A stretch of DNA of 64,000 nt from assembly GCA_951406725.2 (NCBI GenBank), contig OX597837.1, forward strand, positions 40,300,001-40,364,000, given 5' to 3'. Source of the DNA: Octopus vulgaris (taxonomy: Eukaryota). This document shows positions 40,565 through 54,355 of this stretch, piece by piece (the first letter of the stretch is position 1; each line of letters begins with the position of its first letter). The notes under the pieces are model-generated. The model ran no database searches. It was not told the DNA's origin and saw only the letters and a program-made list of their open reading frames with translations. Position numbers and translations under genes: made by a program.

Positions 40565-40795
40565 GTGTGTGCGGCTGTGTGTCTGTGTTTGTCCTCCCCA
40601 CACTGCTTGCTAACTGGGGTTGCTGTGTTTCGGACCTTGTAACCTAGCGGTGCGGCAAAAGTGTCCGATAGAAAAGTATCAAGGTTAAACAAGCTTAAAA
40701 TATAAAAAACTAAGTACTGGAGGTCGATATATTTGACTAAAACATTCTTCAAAGCTGTGCTCCAGCATGGCCGCAGTGTCATGACTGAAACATGA
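40150..40795. mobile_element. Two degenerate S3 SINEs in opposite orientation (40150-40466 minus; 40570-40795 plus tail)
   Basis: S3 head and tail motifs. Confidence 0.75.
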
Positions 40796-41896
40796 AAAAA
40801 AAGCCAGACTGTAATATGAGTCCCAGTTGCTGTATAATGTCCTCATCACACAAAATCATTCTGCTTCGAGATGATAGCTATAATGTTTTGGCGGTAAAAC
40901 TACTTCTGGTTCGGCACGGATGTATTGTAAACGGGAAAGAACGGCAAGGATACCAACGGAATTCTACATCACCCTGTAATATATACACACATATATATAT
41001 GGTTTCTGAACAATTTCATTTCAATTCTCAGTAATAGAAAAACTCTATTGTAATAATAAACGCTGGATTTGTGACAAATTCTGCAACGCATCTAGTAAAG
41101 TGAGACATGTAATTTTGGCAACGAAACGAAACCTTTTATTGTTACCAGACGTTTTAAGCTGCCGTTTATACTGAAAATCTAAAAATTACTTTCCTCGTAG
41201 GAATGAAACAAATTACATATATTGGTAAGGTCTGCTTAAATAAATATTGTGAAAATTTCCCTGAAGAAATTTCTGAAGCATAAATCTGTTGAACATGCCA
41301 AATACAAGCTCTGGACTTCCAATTTGGAACCGCCATATTTGTTTTCGTATACACACGTGTGAGTATGTGTATGCCTATGTATGTATATAAATACGTATAT
41401 ACAAATACATACATACTTACATACACACGTGTGAGTGTGTGTGAATGAGTGTGTGTGTGTCCATATACGTATTATTTCTATGGATGTTTTCGTGAATCGA
41501 ACATTTTCTAATTAAGCAGACGACAGGACAAACTGACAGTGGTATTATATTGTGGTTTATGAAGTCTGGGTTCGTATCCTAAGTCAACTTTGCAAATCAT
41601 TAAAAGCGAAAGCGATAAAGTAAAGCAACAATAGAGGGCTGGGGACGATTTCATTGCATTTACACTCTCCTAATCGTGGTTGTCATGTATATCAATAACA
41701 ATTTAACAATTCTTTTTATATATATATAGTTTCGAAAGGAAAAAGGTTGCTGTTTCTCAGGGATGTGCTCTCATCAGAGCGTATATAAATATTAACGAGG
41801 TAAGAGAAACGGTGTGAGAGAGTGGATGTTTTCTTTCATTTCTTAACAGCGGAATCGTAACTCCTGTGGTTTACATAAGCAGCTACATCATCCGTC

Positions 41897-41927
<31 letters not shown>

Positions 41928-41945
41928 CGCTATAAAACTGTGTAT

Positions 41946-41990
<45 letters not shown>

Positions 41991-42835
41991 TATATATATA
42001 TATGTATACTTTTATTTATATATATGTGTGTGTGTATGTGTGCCTGTATATATATATATATATATATATATACATACATATATGTATTCGTATATATACT
42101 TTTACTTATATGTATATGTGTGTGTATGTGTGCGCGCGTGCGTGCGTGTGTGTACGTGTGTGATGATGTAGCTCTTATGTAACTCACACAATTTACGAAA
42201 CAGCTGTTAACTAATGGGATAAACATTTATTCTTTCACTTCGCTTCTCAGTTTTGGTGAAATCGTATACATATTCTCGTCCATTACGATTCTTTGATCTT
42301 TAGGTTACACCGTAGCCTCATCTACATTTATTTTTCTCGACAGCCATGCGCCAGGTAGAAGCTTACTGTGAGCTTTGTCTGATTCATTGAATCCTTATCC
42401 TTAAGCATATTTATATATATATGTTGTGTGTGTGTCTGTATAAGCGTATGTGTTTATGTCTGTATGCATGTAAAATGATTCTCTCTTGCTTCTTGTTTAC
42501 TCTTTCCCATACAGAGTTTACGTTTTAAACGATGCAGACAAGTGAATGGTGTCGAAAGAATAATGATATCCGTTAATCATTTGACGATAAACAAATGCGT
42601 TTAATACGTGCATTGTCTGTGAGTTTTCTGCATCTTGTGTTTTTGTGGCTCTTAGTTGTCCTTCAGTGAAATTATTTTTTCTCGCAGGCTTGAACTTAAG
42701 GAATTCTTCGTTTCTTGTGGTGTTTTCGCTTTTTATATTTTACCATATTTTAATTTTGTGGGTTTGTCTTTAATAGGGATTCTAAATCTAGAAGTTGTAA
42801 TACTTCTTTCAAGTTCCTCGTCTATGAGCTTTTTG

Positions 42836-42906
<71 letters not shown>

Positions 42907-43036
42907 TATATATGTAAAAGCCTGTGTGCATATGTGTGTGTTTGAGTGTGCGTATTTTCGTGCGTGCGTGCGAATGTAAGTGTGTAGAATATGTCAGTCT
43001 GTCCGTCTATCTACCAATCTATTTATATCTCACCCC

Positions 43037-43074
<38 letters not shown>

Positions 43075-43075
43075 G

Positions 43076-43145
<70 letters not shown>

Positions 43146-43309
43146 ATCGTTATACTGTATTTTCTTTTACTCGACCGATGCATTTTCAATAGTCAAATCT
43201 TGTTCAATTGGATAAGGTCTCCCTTTTTTATTCGATGTGGTCTTTTGTGTATTCGATCTGGTCTGAGCACTAATCCGGTTCGTATCTAATTATGATCTTT
43301 TGAATTATT

Positions 43310-43440
43310 TTCATTCATTGTTCTACTGGAGAAAAGCGTATGCTCGAAACATAAAAAAGAACTTCTGATTTTCTTGAGCGTGAACCTTATATACCATGCT
43401 TCGTTTTTACATCGTGTTCGTGATATTTAAAAATAATGTG
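43310..43440 (+). mobile_element. Degenerate family H1 element
   Basis: CTGGAGA AAAGC GTAT GCTC GAAA CA TA at 43326-43353, then ttcttgagcg. Confidence 0.6.
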
Positions 43441-43471
43441 ATATATATATATGCATATACATATATATATA

Positions 43472-43520
<49 letters not shown>

Positions 43521-44709
43521 TACACAGAGAGATAGTTAGATTGATAGATAAACAGATAGATATTTAGACATACATATTTACACACAGAATAAATATTATA
43601 TATATATATATATATATATAGGGAGAGAGAGAGAGAAAGAAAGAGAGAGAGAGATAGGCACACCAGCATACATTCATACACACATATTTCTAAATACCCT
43701 GAACGTATTCTTTGAAACTAGAATGCAGAAACATTTGCGCCCTACCAATAGAGCAATCGAAGCATCATTAGTTGATATTCATTCCTTTGCGTATCAACAC
43801 ATTTAACCCTCAACTGCATCTTCTAGCAGTAAACAAATATTGCATAAAGAACATGGAATTCACTTGACTAAAAGAAATAACCACTTGATTCATGATGAGC
43901 GAGTGAAGATTTTTTTTTTCCATCCTCGTTGAAATGAAAGTGAAAGTAGAAGACTTTTATTAGACGCTGGCTATAGAGATTGTGTTATGAAATCACGTAA
44001 AACCGAAGTCTATACAAATGTTATGACTAGTGGAAAGTACATTTTTCTACAACTATTACGTCATATTCGGTGCGGTACAGCACTTACATCTGTGTTAGGC
44101 TGTAAAACGGAGTGTAATTCGCCCCTTCTGTCCGTTGACCGTTGTGGCACCTAAGCCAAGTGCGAGCAACAGCTTATTATCCTGTATTAGAGATACGGTG
44201 TAGACGTCGGCAGTAAGGCGCTGAATAACCGACAAGGCAAAGGTGTCCTAGTTATTGCGGTCGAACGGTAGCTCCGTAGTGTCAACAACAGTTGGGCGTT
44301 AAAGAGCAAGTTATCTGCTACTGTGGAACAGCCTTCATCCTCGACCGTGCTCTTTGTACGCACGTCTTCCACTTGGTATCTGGCGTAGTGGCCCAATGGG
44401 GCAGTCTGATAGGTGGGGCCGACGCTAACTGCGTTATTTATAGCCCAAAGGGCGGCGTCGACAATTGCATTATTCACATACGCCAATTCTTTATTCATCG
44501 CCCAGAGAAGTATCTAAATAGAAGAGTCAACGTTGATATACGATGGACAGTCCACGACGACATCATATACAATTTGCATGGTTACTATTTAGCGTTGGAT
44601 ACAGATGCTACGTAAACTCTACGTTGTACAAAAGATTGTAGTTGACCACTGGTTATCGAAAACGTGGTATAAATTATGGTATAGGCGCGGGTGTAGGTGC
44701 ATGGCTCTG

Positions 44710-44975
44710 TGAAGGTGCATGGGTTAGTGGTTATAGTAGTATTCGGTTCACGGTCATAAGTTTAATTCCCGGCGACGTGTCGTCTCCTTGAGCAAGACAC
44801 TTTATTTCACTCTGCCCAGTCCAGTCATCGAGCAAAAATGAGTAGTACCTCTATTTCAAAGGACCAGTCTTGTCACACTGTGTCACGCTGAGTCTCCCTG
44901 AGAACTACGAGAAGGGTACACGAATTTGTGGAGTGCTCAACCACATGCAAATTAATTTCACAAGCAGGGTGTCCC
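44710..44975 (+). mobile_element. Hybrid SINE: CORE-like body plus 4324-type tail
   Basis: caaaaatgagtagtacctctatttcaaaggacc...tgtcacgctgagtctccctgagaactacg. Confidence 0.75.
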
Positions 44976-45009
44976 AGCCCTGGAATTGAACTCCCAATGT
45001 TATGATCAG

Positions 45010-45156
45010 AGTCCTACTGCATGGCACCTTGGACAAGTGCCTTCTACTATAGCCTCGGGCCGACCAAAGCCTTGTAAGTGGATTCGATAGACGGAAACTG
45101 AAAGAAGCCCGTCATATATATATATATGTGTGTGCATATATATATATATGTATGTG

Positions 45157-45189
<33 letters not shown>

Positions 45190-45372
45190 ATTTGTGTGTC
45201 TGTGTTTGTCCCCCCAACATCGCTTGACAACCGATGCTAGTGTCTTTACGTCCCCGACAGAATAAGTATTAGGCTTACAAAGAATAAGTCCTGGATCGAT
45301 TCGCTCGACTCAAGGCGGATGCTCCAGCATGGCCGCAGTCAAATGACTGAAACAAGTAGAAGAGTAAATGAG
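45010..45372 (+). mobile_element. SINE S3, 5'-truncated
   Basis: Aligns to 54891-55311. Confidence 0.88.
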
Positions 45373-45924
45373 TATGAACTCAACACACCAACCGATAGGC
45401 CATGCGCGTTCACTCCAACTTGCAAGCTAAAATTTTATTACATTCCTGTGGAAATTCTCCACCCATTATGAGGGCAGTAAAAATCAATATTACGTATTTA
45501 CTCATAACTTTGTATCTTGGCAGTTGATATGCTGTTGTCTGTTTATCCAACATTTTTGTTATGAGATAGTTAAGCTAACTAACGAGATTACCGATTTATA
45601 TAATCAGGTTTTAATTATAACAATCAGATCGTTTTTCGGTAATTGGAGAATCGCGATTTTATGTGTTTGTAGCAACGTTTGCTGTGTTGCCTCGTCTGTG
45701 ATTACGTGCTCTTTCACCCGGTTGTAACCAGTTAAAACTTTCTTAAAATAAACTCAGTGTGTAGTTATGGTGATAACAATGTTAGTTTAATGCAATATAT
45801 CATGGTTTATACCATATAATCTACGAATTAGTACGATAAATGCCAGAGTTTTGTTACGATGAGGAAACTGTCAGTAGCGGTGTTTAAAAATGGCATACCT
45901 ACAAACGTGTGCCTCCCCGGTTTT

Positions 45925-46725
45925 GTTGACTCATAACTTCCAGAATAATGGATGTTTTTTTTTTAATTAACTTTTCTACAATTACGCTTTAGATAGTGTG
46001 GATTCCAATTATATTAGAATTTGCGATGGAATTTTTTTTGCGACGTTTGGGGTGATTCAGAAAATTCACACAAGTCAACTTTGTTTCCTTGTAACTTTCA
46101 TAAAAATGGGTAATTTTTTTAATGAAATGTTCTATAAATATTTTTCTGTGTGTCTAGATTACGTTTAAATCAAAATTTGATTTGAAAAATAAATTGGTGG
46201 CCTCGTACAGATACACACTGCCACACATTACATCTACAAAATGAAACTTGGAATTTCAAAAAAATATGGTGACGTGTGCTAGTATGTATTTTTTATTTTT
46301 TTTAATTTTTATCTAGTTTCAGCTCACGAGCTGTGGCCATGCTGGGGCACCGCTATTTATGTGTATGATTTCACGAAATTCTCTTTTTCATAACGAGATC
46401 TCAGATAATGCTTGCAGACAGCTTTTCGAAATCAGTGACGGAAGTTACTAGAAAAACTCTTTTTCATAGTAAATTCAGAAATAATCGTAATCTGAACACC
46501 CCGAAAGGGTTCCATAGAAAATTCTTTAAAAAAAAAGAGCCGTTCTCCTGAAAGATATGAGGAATCAAAGCTAACTCGGGTAAAATTTCCGTAATATTCC
46601 ACACAAACCTCGCAAAAACTTTTTCATATTAAATTCCGATATAATTGTATGCTGAACCATCTAAAGTATATTTGTAGGAAATTTCATTTAAAATGTCCAT
46701 TTTAAGAAGTTATGAGGAAACAACA
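45925..46725. mobile_element. Old foldback-like DNA element with diverged ~155-bp subterminal repeats in inverted arrangement
   Basis: Two ctcataacttc-type units (45928, 46085) face two units ending gaagttatgagg-like (46455-46565, 46615-46720). Confidence 0.5.
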
Positions 46726-46874
46726 TACACACATATGTAAATTAAAAACAGAACACATTTATATTTGACATATTCTGTTTTTAATCTATATTTGATATAT
46801 TCTCTCTCACCTCTGCCACTATCTGGCATATACAGGTGCTTACACTTATCAAGTATTCACCCTAAATTTACATA

Positions 46875-46907
<33 letters not shown>

Positions 46908-47105
46908 GACTATATATATATATATATATATATACGACGAGCTTCTTTCAATTTCCGTGTACCAAATATACACACAAGGCTTTGATTGGCCTGGAGATAT
47001 TGTAGAAGATACTTGCCCAAGGTGACACGCAGTGTGCCTGAACCTGAAACCATGTGGTTGAGAAGCAAGCTTCTTGCCACACAGCCATGCCTAAGCTTAT
47101 GTATG

Positions 47106-47137
<32 letters not shown>

Positions 47138-47152
47138 CATATCTATATGTAT

Positions 47153-47212
<60 letters not shown>

Positions 47213-47746
47213 ACGTCTAGTTAACTGACTGAAGGGAAATTACTAAAAGCCATAGTTGTAACTTGCTTGATGACCCTGCAAGTGCACTGGTAAGACTACG
47301 GTAGAACAGAGCAAAGAAAATAATATGTGTGTGCGTATGTATATACATATACATACACACTCACACTTATACTAATTTTTATGCATAGTTTGTAATCTTC
47401 CCGCAGCAATAGTGTGAGGGAGATCGAAATTAAGTAATTAATGAAGTAAGAGAACCATCTGCACTGGAAAAAATTAGTCCAATCGATATGGTGGCTGATG
47501 TATGACAACAAGAAGTGATGTACTGGAAAGTTCGCTTCGAAATTGCTAGCGAAGAATTATCATTATTCATGAATCAATCTCAATGCTCTATACAGTCGCG
47601 AAACGTATTGACTTGTAGTATCCATATTTAGGAATATGCTTACAGATATGTATATATATATATGTTATATGCAAACATATGCCCTGATACATGCATGTAA
47701 CGTACAATCCCATGCATTTATACATCTATCTATCTATCCATACACA

Positions 47747-47781
<35 letters not shown>

Positions 47782-48003
47782 GGAGTTTAACGCAGGCGTT
47801 ATTCATATTGTTTTACTTCCGACACATGTTTCGAAGATATTATGCAAAAATAAAAAATTCACGTAAACCCAAAGTTCCTACCTTTAAAAACCAGGAGTTA
47901 TAACCTTTTTACTTGCGAGATTTTTTGCTACCCTGGTAACTATTAATCTATTTTTCCGTGTTAATTGTTAACAAGGGCAAAATACACACATCTGTCTATA
48001 TAC

Positions 48004-48050
<47 letters not shown>

Positions 48051-48342
48051 TATATATGTACACACATATATTAATATATATATGTTTCACAGGCATGGCC
48101 AGCTATAATGGGTCTTAACTTTAAATCTTCAAGCGCTAGGATATTTATGTATTTGCCTGGATATTGTTTTCCGGCTTCATTAACTATCTTGCTCTTGTGT
48201 ATTTTAAGCAGGCTATCAAAAAGTAGACCTACCTTTAAAGTTTGTGATATAATCTATATCTTTTCCTGTCTGGCCTTTTCCATATAGATGAATTAAGGAT
48301 GCAAGATTTTTCATTGCATATTGCTGCCTTTTTAGTCTCTGC

Positions 48343-48586
48343 TCTTTTACTCTTTTACTTGGTTCAGTCATTTGACTGTAGCCATGCTGGAGCACCGCCA
48401 TTAGTCAAGCAAATCGACCCCAGGACTACTTCTTTGTAAGCCTAGTACTTATTCTATCGGCCTCTTGTGTCGAACCGCTAGGTTACGGGGACGTAAACAC
48501 ATCAGCATCGGTTGTCAAGTGATGTTGGGGGCACAAACACAGACACACAAACATATACACACATACATACACATATATATATATAA

Positions 48587-48618
<32 letters not shown>

Positions 48619-48637
48619 GTATATACATATATATATA

Positions 48638-48699
<62 letters not shown>

Positions 48700-48866
48700 T
48701 TAAATACGACGGGCTTCTTACAGTTTCCGCCTACCAAATCCACTCACAAGACTTTGGTCGGCCCGAGACTATAGCAGAAGACACTCGCCGAAGATACCAC
48801 GCAGTGGGACTGAACCCAGAACCATGTGCTTCGTAAGCAAGCTACTTACCACACAGCCACTCCTGC
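48343..48866 (-). mobile_element. SINE S3, full length with expanded internal (TA)n
   Basis: Head and tail both present. Confidence 0.9.
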
Positions 48867-49108
48867 TGTTTATAGTTTGCAACTTTATCGTTGAAGGTAT
48901 CGTTTCCTAGCATAGATAATGCTAGGTTTTTTAAGGTTCGGAATTCCTGTTCAAACAAGGAGGAAAGTTCACAATTAAGGACAACTTCACTTGTACTTCC
49001 GAGAGTCTAATTCATGTTATAACTGGTTCAGATTATAGACATAACGATACAAGACAGACAAGTATGGCACTTCGATGGAGAACCATAGTACATAAGAAGC
49101 AGATACAT

Positions 49109-49139
<31 letters not shown>

Positions 49140-49314
49140 AATTAATTTAGAGATAAAACCACTATTAGGCAACTCAAACAGTGATAGACATAAACCGATA
49201 CATAAATAACAAAAATAGTGGTTTTATTTCTAATTTAATTTATATCTATACTGTGAAATTTGATTTAAGCCTAAATCTAATTTTTCCCTGTAAGTTTGGA
49301 GCCATACTGTCTAA

Positions 49315-49345
<31 letters not shown>

Positions 49346-50319
49346 ATATATATATATATATGTGGGGGTGTCTGTGTCTGTGTGCTTTTGAGAGAGTATG
49401 TGTATCTGTATTTTCATTGTTTCACGTGATGAAATTTGCCATAACATAAGATCGAAACGAAGAGTAACCTCTGTTAAAACACTTTTCTAAAATGTCTCTC
49501 ACTCAACGACAACCATAACCACCAACATCTCCATCATCACGACCACCACCACCACCACCACCACAACAAGAACAACAAGATAAATATATTTTTATTACAT
49601 TAATAAATTTACTCCCACCCTAAAAAGAAATGCTAAATTTAATAAATAGGTAAATAAAACGAATAAAGAAATGTAGGGCAACAAAATTAAAAAAAACAAC
49701 AATATAAAATAATATAAGAGTGAATGAAAGAGGACAGAAAACGAAAAACAAAAATGAAAAAAAAAAACAACAAAAGTAAAAACTCCGAAACGTAAATGTA
49801 ACGAAGAAAATAAAAATAAGCAAGGCAATAAACAATATGGCGGATGAAATAGTTCAAAATGAACAACTAAATTTAATGGAATCGTTTATAAATCTTATAA
49901 CCTTTATTAGATTTAAAATCGATTTTTCACTCTAAGTAATTGATCAACTGAGCACTTCGAGCTATGCATAAAGAACGTTTTCAAAATTATGCAGTAGTTT
50001 GTCATATACTTTCCGTGTTTTTTCGCAATTATTCTAAGTATCGTCGCAAAGTTTTTGTTTTTGGAAAATGTTCTCTAGAATTTTTTTTTTTTTTTTTTGC
50101 AACGTATTTTAATTTTAAATTTTCTCTCGGTAATATTGGTTGGATTATATTTTGTTAATTTATTTGAATTTTATTGCATTCGATTTATCTTTTTTTTTTT
50201 TTTGGTTTTCTTTTGGTTTGGCATCGTCCAGCATTAATAGGATTGAATTTTTCAATCGCTTTTGACTCATTTTACTCCTTTTGCATTAAATTAGCAAGAT
50301 TGATATATTATTGCAATTA

Positions 50320-50407
<88 letters not shown>

Positions 50408-50425
50408 ATAATAATAATAATAATG

Positions 50426-50533
<108 letters not shown>

Positions 50534-51080
50534 GATGCAGTACCAGGCAGTGGCTCTCATGGCTTCTGATCTTAACTGATTGGAAGTGTTATCATGTACA
50601 TTGTTTTGTCTTGGTATAAAAGATGGGCTACAGCAAATATTCTGCTCAATACCACAGATTTGCTTGTCAGTTGTTTGACCTTAACCAGTTAAGCATGTCC
50701 CTTAGTGGCTGACGATATGTGCATCTCTGATCACGAGCAGAAGTAGTGGGGGAGCATCATGGCCATGTGTTGAGAGGGATTCTTTGGAGTTTGAATGGTT
50801 CACCTCTGGAAACATAGGTGTTCTTTCAACATCCTAAACAACCCTTATTCAGGGACCGTTTGAGCAGGATGGGCTACTCAACCTGAAGAAAATTCTAACT
50901 GGGCCCCACCTGCAAGGTCATGTGCTGTTTATCTTGATATGAGATCACCATGTCGCGCACATATGGTTGTGATGCATGTGCCTGGTGTACCTTTATCAGA
51001 CGGGTAGTCATGATGGGTATATTGGGCTTCGTATATTTTACCCCAGTGTCACTTTGATGGCATGCACTGCTCTCTCACTC
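50534..51080 (+). mobile_element. Family Y long copy
   Basis: Highly similar to 21404-21952; preceded by (TAT)n(AAT)n. Confidence 0.92.
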
Positions 51081-51188
51081 AATAATAATAATAATAATAA
51101 TAATAATGATAATAATAATAATGATGATAATAGCATAATCTCCAACTCCACCATCATCACATGTATTATTATTATTATTATTATTATC

Positions 51189-51657
51189 GAGTGAGCGAGC
51201 AGAGCATGCCATCAAAGTGACACTGGGGTAAAATATACGAAGCCCAATATACACATCATGACTACCCGTCTGATAAGGGTACACTAGGCACATGCATCAC
51301 AACCATATGTGCGCGACATGGTGATTTCATATCAAGATAAACAGCACATGACCTTGCAGGTGGTGCCCAGTTAGAATTTTCTTCAGGTCGAGTAGCCCAT
51401 CCCGCTCAAAAGGTCCCTGAATAAGGGTTGTTTAAGGATGTTGAAAGAACCACCCATGTTTCCAGAGGTGAATTATTCAAACCCCAAAGAATCTCTCTCA
51501 ACACATGGCTATGATGCTTCCCCACTACTTCTGCTCGTGATCAGAGATGCACATATCGTCAGCCACTAAGGGACATGCTTAACTGGTTAAGGTCAAACAA
51601 CTGACAAGCAAATCTGTGGTATTGAGCAGAATATGTGCTGTAGCCCATCTTTTATAC
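51189..51657 (-). mobile_element. Family Y short copy, inverted, 108 bp from the long copy
   Basis: Reverse complement of ~50614-51080. Confidence 0.92.
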
Positions 51658-51714
51658 TTATTATTATTATTATTGTTATTATTATTATTATTTATTGATA
51701 AAGTGTAAAGACCT

Positions 51715-52250
51715 CACCATCAGTCGTGAATGACCATAGCATGCATTTAGAAAGTTACCCTACGAGGTACAAGCCCGGGTAAGGTTGTTTTTGAAGACCA
51801 GCGGTCACCCATGCATACCAGTCTCCCCGTTTCTGCACCACTGATGTTATCCAAGGAAAAGGCAAAGGGGCCGATACAGCTTGGCACCAGTAACGTCGCA
51901 ACTCATTTCTACAGATGAGTGAACTGGGGCAACGTGAAATAAAGTGTCTTGCTCAAGAACACAACACACAGCCCGGTCCGAGAATCGAACTAACTCCCCC
52001 ATGATTGTGAGACCGACGTTCTAACATTATTGTTATTAAGGCGCTGATCTGGCAGAATAACACGCCGGACAAGATGCTTTGCGGCATTTCGTCCGTCTTT
52101 ACGCACTCAGTCCAAATTCCACCGAGGTCGACATTGCCTTTCATCCTGTCAGTCCTGTCGATAAAATAATTATCAGTCAATCATTGGGATCCATATTATC
52201 AACTTTCTCTCTCCCCGCAAATCTTAGGCCTTATACCGTCAGCAGAAGGG
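51715..52250. mobile_element. CORE-type SINE (minus, ~51715-52025) and Meta-type SINE (plus, ~52040-52250), divergent
   Basis: gagtgaactggggcaacgtgaaataaagtgtcttgctcaag; caaattccaccgaggtcgacattgcctttcatcc. Confidence 0.75.
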
Positions 52251-52843
52251 AATGAAGGAAACCTCGATATTATGTAAAATAGGGGAATTTATCTATAATT
52301 ATAATATGTGACAATTATTTGGTTGTCATAATAAAACTAGGACTTTCGGAAACCGGAGATAAAGTCGCAAGAACAGGGGCTGCTTTCGTTTCCATCGTAA
52401 TTCCGCATTTATGACGATAGTAGTTGTCATTAAATAGGAAATAATATGCGTCTGTAGGTTGGAGAGCAGGAGAGAGAACCCCACTCTTTGGTGGTCAGAG
52501 GAAACCTGGATATGTGAGATTCCTTGTGTGACCATATTTAGAGTATCAATAGTGTTATATCAAGTTATAAGCCGTCAATATATTTCTTAAAGTAAGTTCA
52601 ATTTCTAAGTTGTGTTTATTTTAGAAATACTGGTTCCAAGCCAAAATCCAATACAGAATTACGCATACATCCATGACTGACAGGTTCAATATCGATCATA
52701 GAAGATTTCTGTTGAAGAGTATTCTTTTTGTCAGCTTAGTACTTATGCTATCCATCTCTTTTGCCGAGCCGCTAAGTTACGGGACGTAATCACAACAACA
52801 TCGGTTGTCAAGCGATAGTGCAGGGAACCAAACAAACACAAAT

Positions 52844-52885
<42 letters not shown>

Positions 52886-53003
52886 GGTAAAATTAATTAA
52901 TCATTAATCAATTTCACCAAGTGTTCAGTATGCAAAGGGACCATTTAAGACGAATTCAAAATCATTATATAAAAATAAAATAAAGTAATTTATTTTACTA
53001 AGC

Positions 53004-53052
<49 letters not shown>

Positions 53053-53222
53053 AAATCAAATTGCGATAAAATAAAAATGAAAATAATTATTTTCGCTGGT
53101 AATTCTAGCACATGCCATATATTTTTCATATATCAGTACATTAAGGCGAAATATGTGCTAGGAACACAGAAGCTAGATAAATTTAGTGAAATGAAGATAA
53201 AAACATTTACTAACTCGGTTCT

Positions 53223-53294
53223 TCTCAGACTGCAGTTTCTTTCTTTTCAGCAATAAAGATAATTTATTTGCTCAGGGAGAATTCATCAGTGAGA
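53223..53294 (-). ncRNA. Near-intact type I hammerhead ribozyme
   Basis: TCTCA CTGATGA ATTCT...AGCAAATAAA/TTTATTGCT...AGAAA GAAA CTGCAG TC TGAGA: 5-bp stem I, canonical core, palindromic stem III, GUC site; A.A mismatch at the base of stem II; element 53050-53410 lies between (TA)n and (GATA)n. Confidence 0.85.
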
Positions 53295-53411
53295 GCCCTG
53301 TTGTTCTGAGATCCTAACTCACTAAAAGCATGTGCTTCTAATGATTTACTATCTCTAACTAATCAGATCACTGCGCAGACTCCGAACGTCCCGACAAAAC
53401 TAGGGATTTCT

Positions 53412-53476
<65 letters not shown>

Positions 53477-53983
53477 GTAGTTATATGTTTTCATTCATGT
53501 GCTTAAGCTACAAAATTAGCGAGTTTTCGCTCGTATTCCTAGGAATGTTGGTGTTCCTGAACACCCTAGACACATTTAGCGGTAATTACAGTGCGCTTTT
53601 TTGGTGTAATATTGCGACATGCTGTTTATATTAATTTTATGTATACACATTAGCGAATCGCTAAATCATCCATGAATTTAGATGACGAAAACTTAAAGAC
53701 TAACAGAGGAAATCAGGACGTGTATAAGTCTTGAAAAAATTACAAAACTCGATTCCAGGTGAGAATGCGATCGATAAAGCCGTGAGAACGTGGATTTGTA
53801 CGCGTAAGTACATCAGTCGAAATCCGTCTTTTGCTGGTGTCTCAAATTTGGGTTGAATCAGTGTTTCTCAAAGGGGAAGCCTATGGGACGGTCGGACTAG
53901 TTGTTTTGAGAACATTTGGTTTAAATGTTTGACAACTCAGCACCGTCCATTGGACGGAGGGGGGAGTTTTGCTCGTATATATG

Positions 53984-54049
<66 letters not shown>

Positions 54050-54053
54050 CTAC

Positions 54054-54116
<63 letters not shown>

Positions 54117-54122
54117 GCTAGC

Positions 54123-54165
<43 letters not shown>

Positions 54166-54167
<2 letters not shown>

Positions 54168-54355
54168 TGAGCACCGCCAGCAATTTTTTTTCCTCTGTCT
54201 TCCCTTCTCGGGATCTTTCCTTCTCCTTTGTTTCCGACGAAGAGCTCCGCTCGAAACGTTAAACCCTCCTTCCCTTCTTTCCTGAGCGTCCAATAATACT
54301 TTATTTGTTCCACGTCCTCGCGTTGCTGTGTTTTTTTGTGTTTTCTTGTTTGGAT

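Noticed and set aside
51765-51790. Twister-like ggtacaagcccgggtaagg
   Set aside because: Lies antisense in a SINE tail; other twister elements are not present
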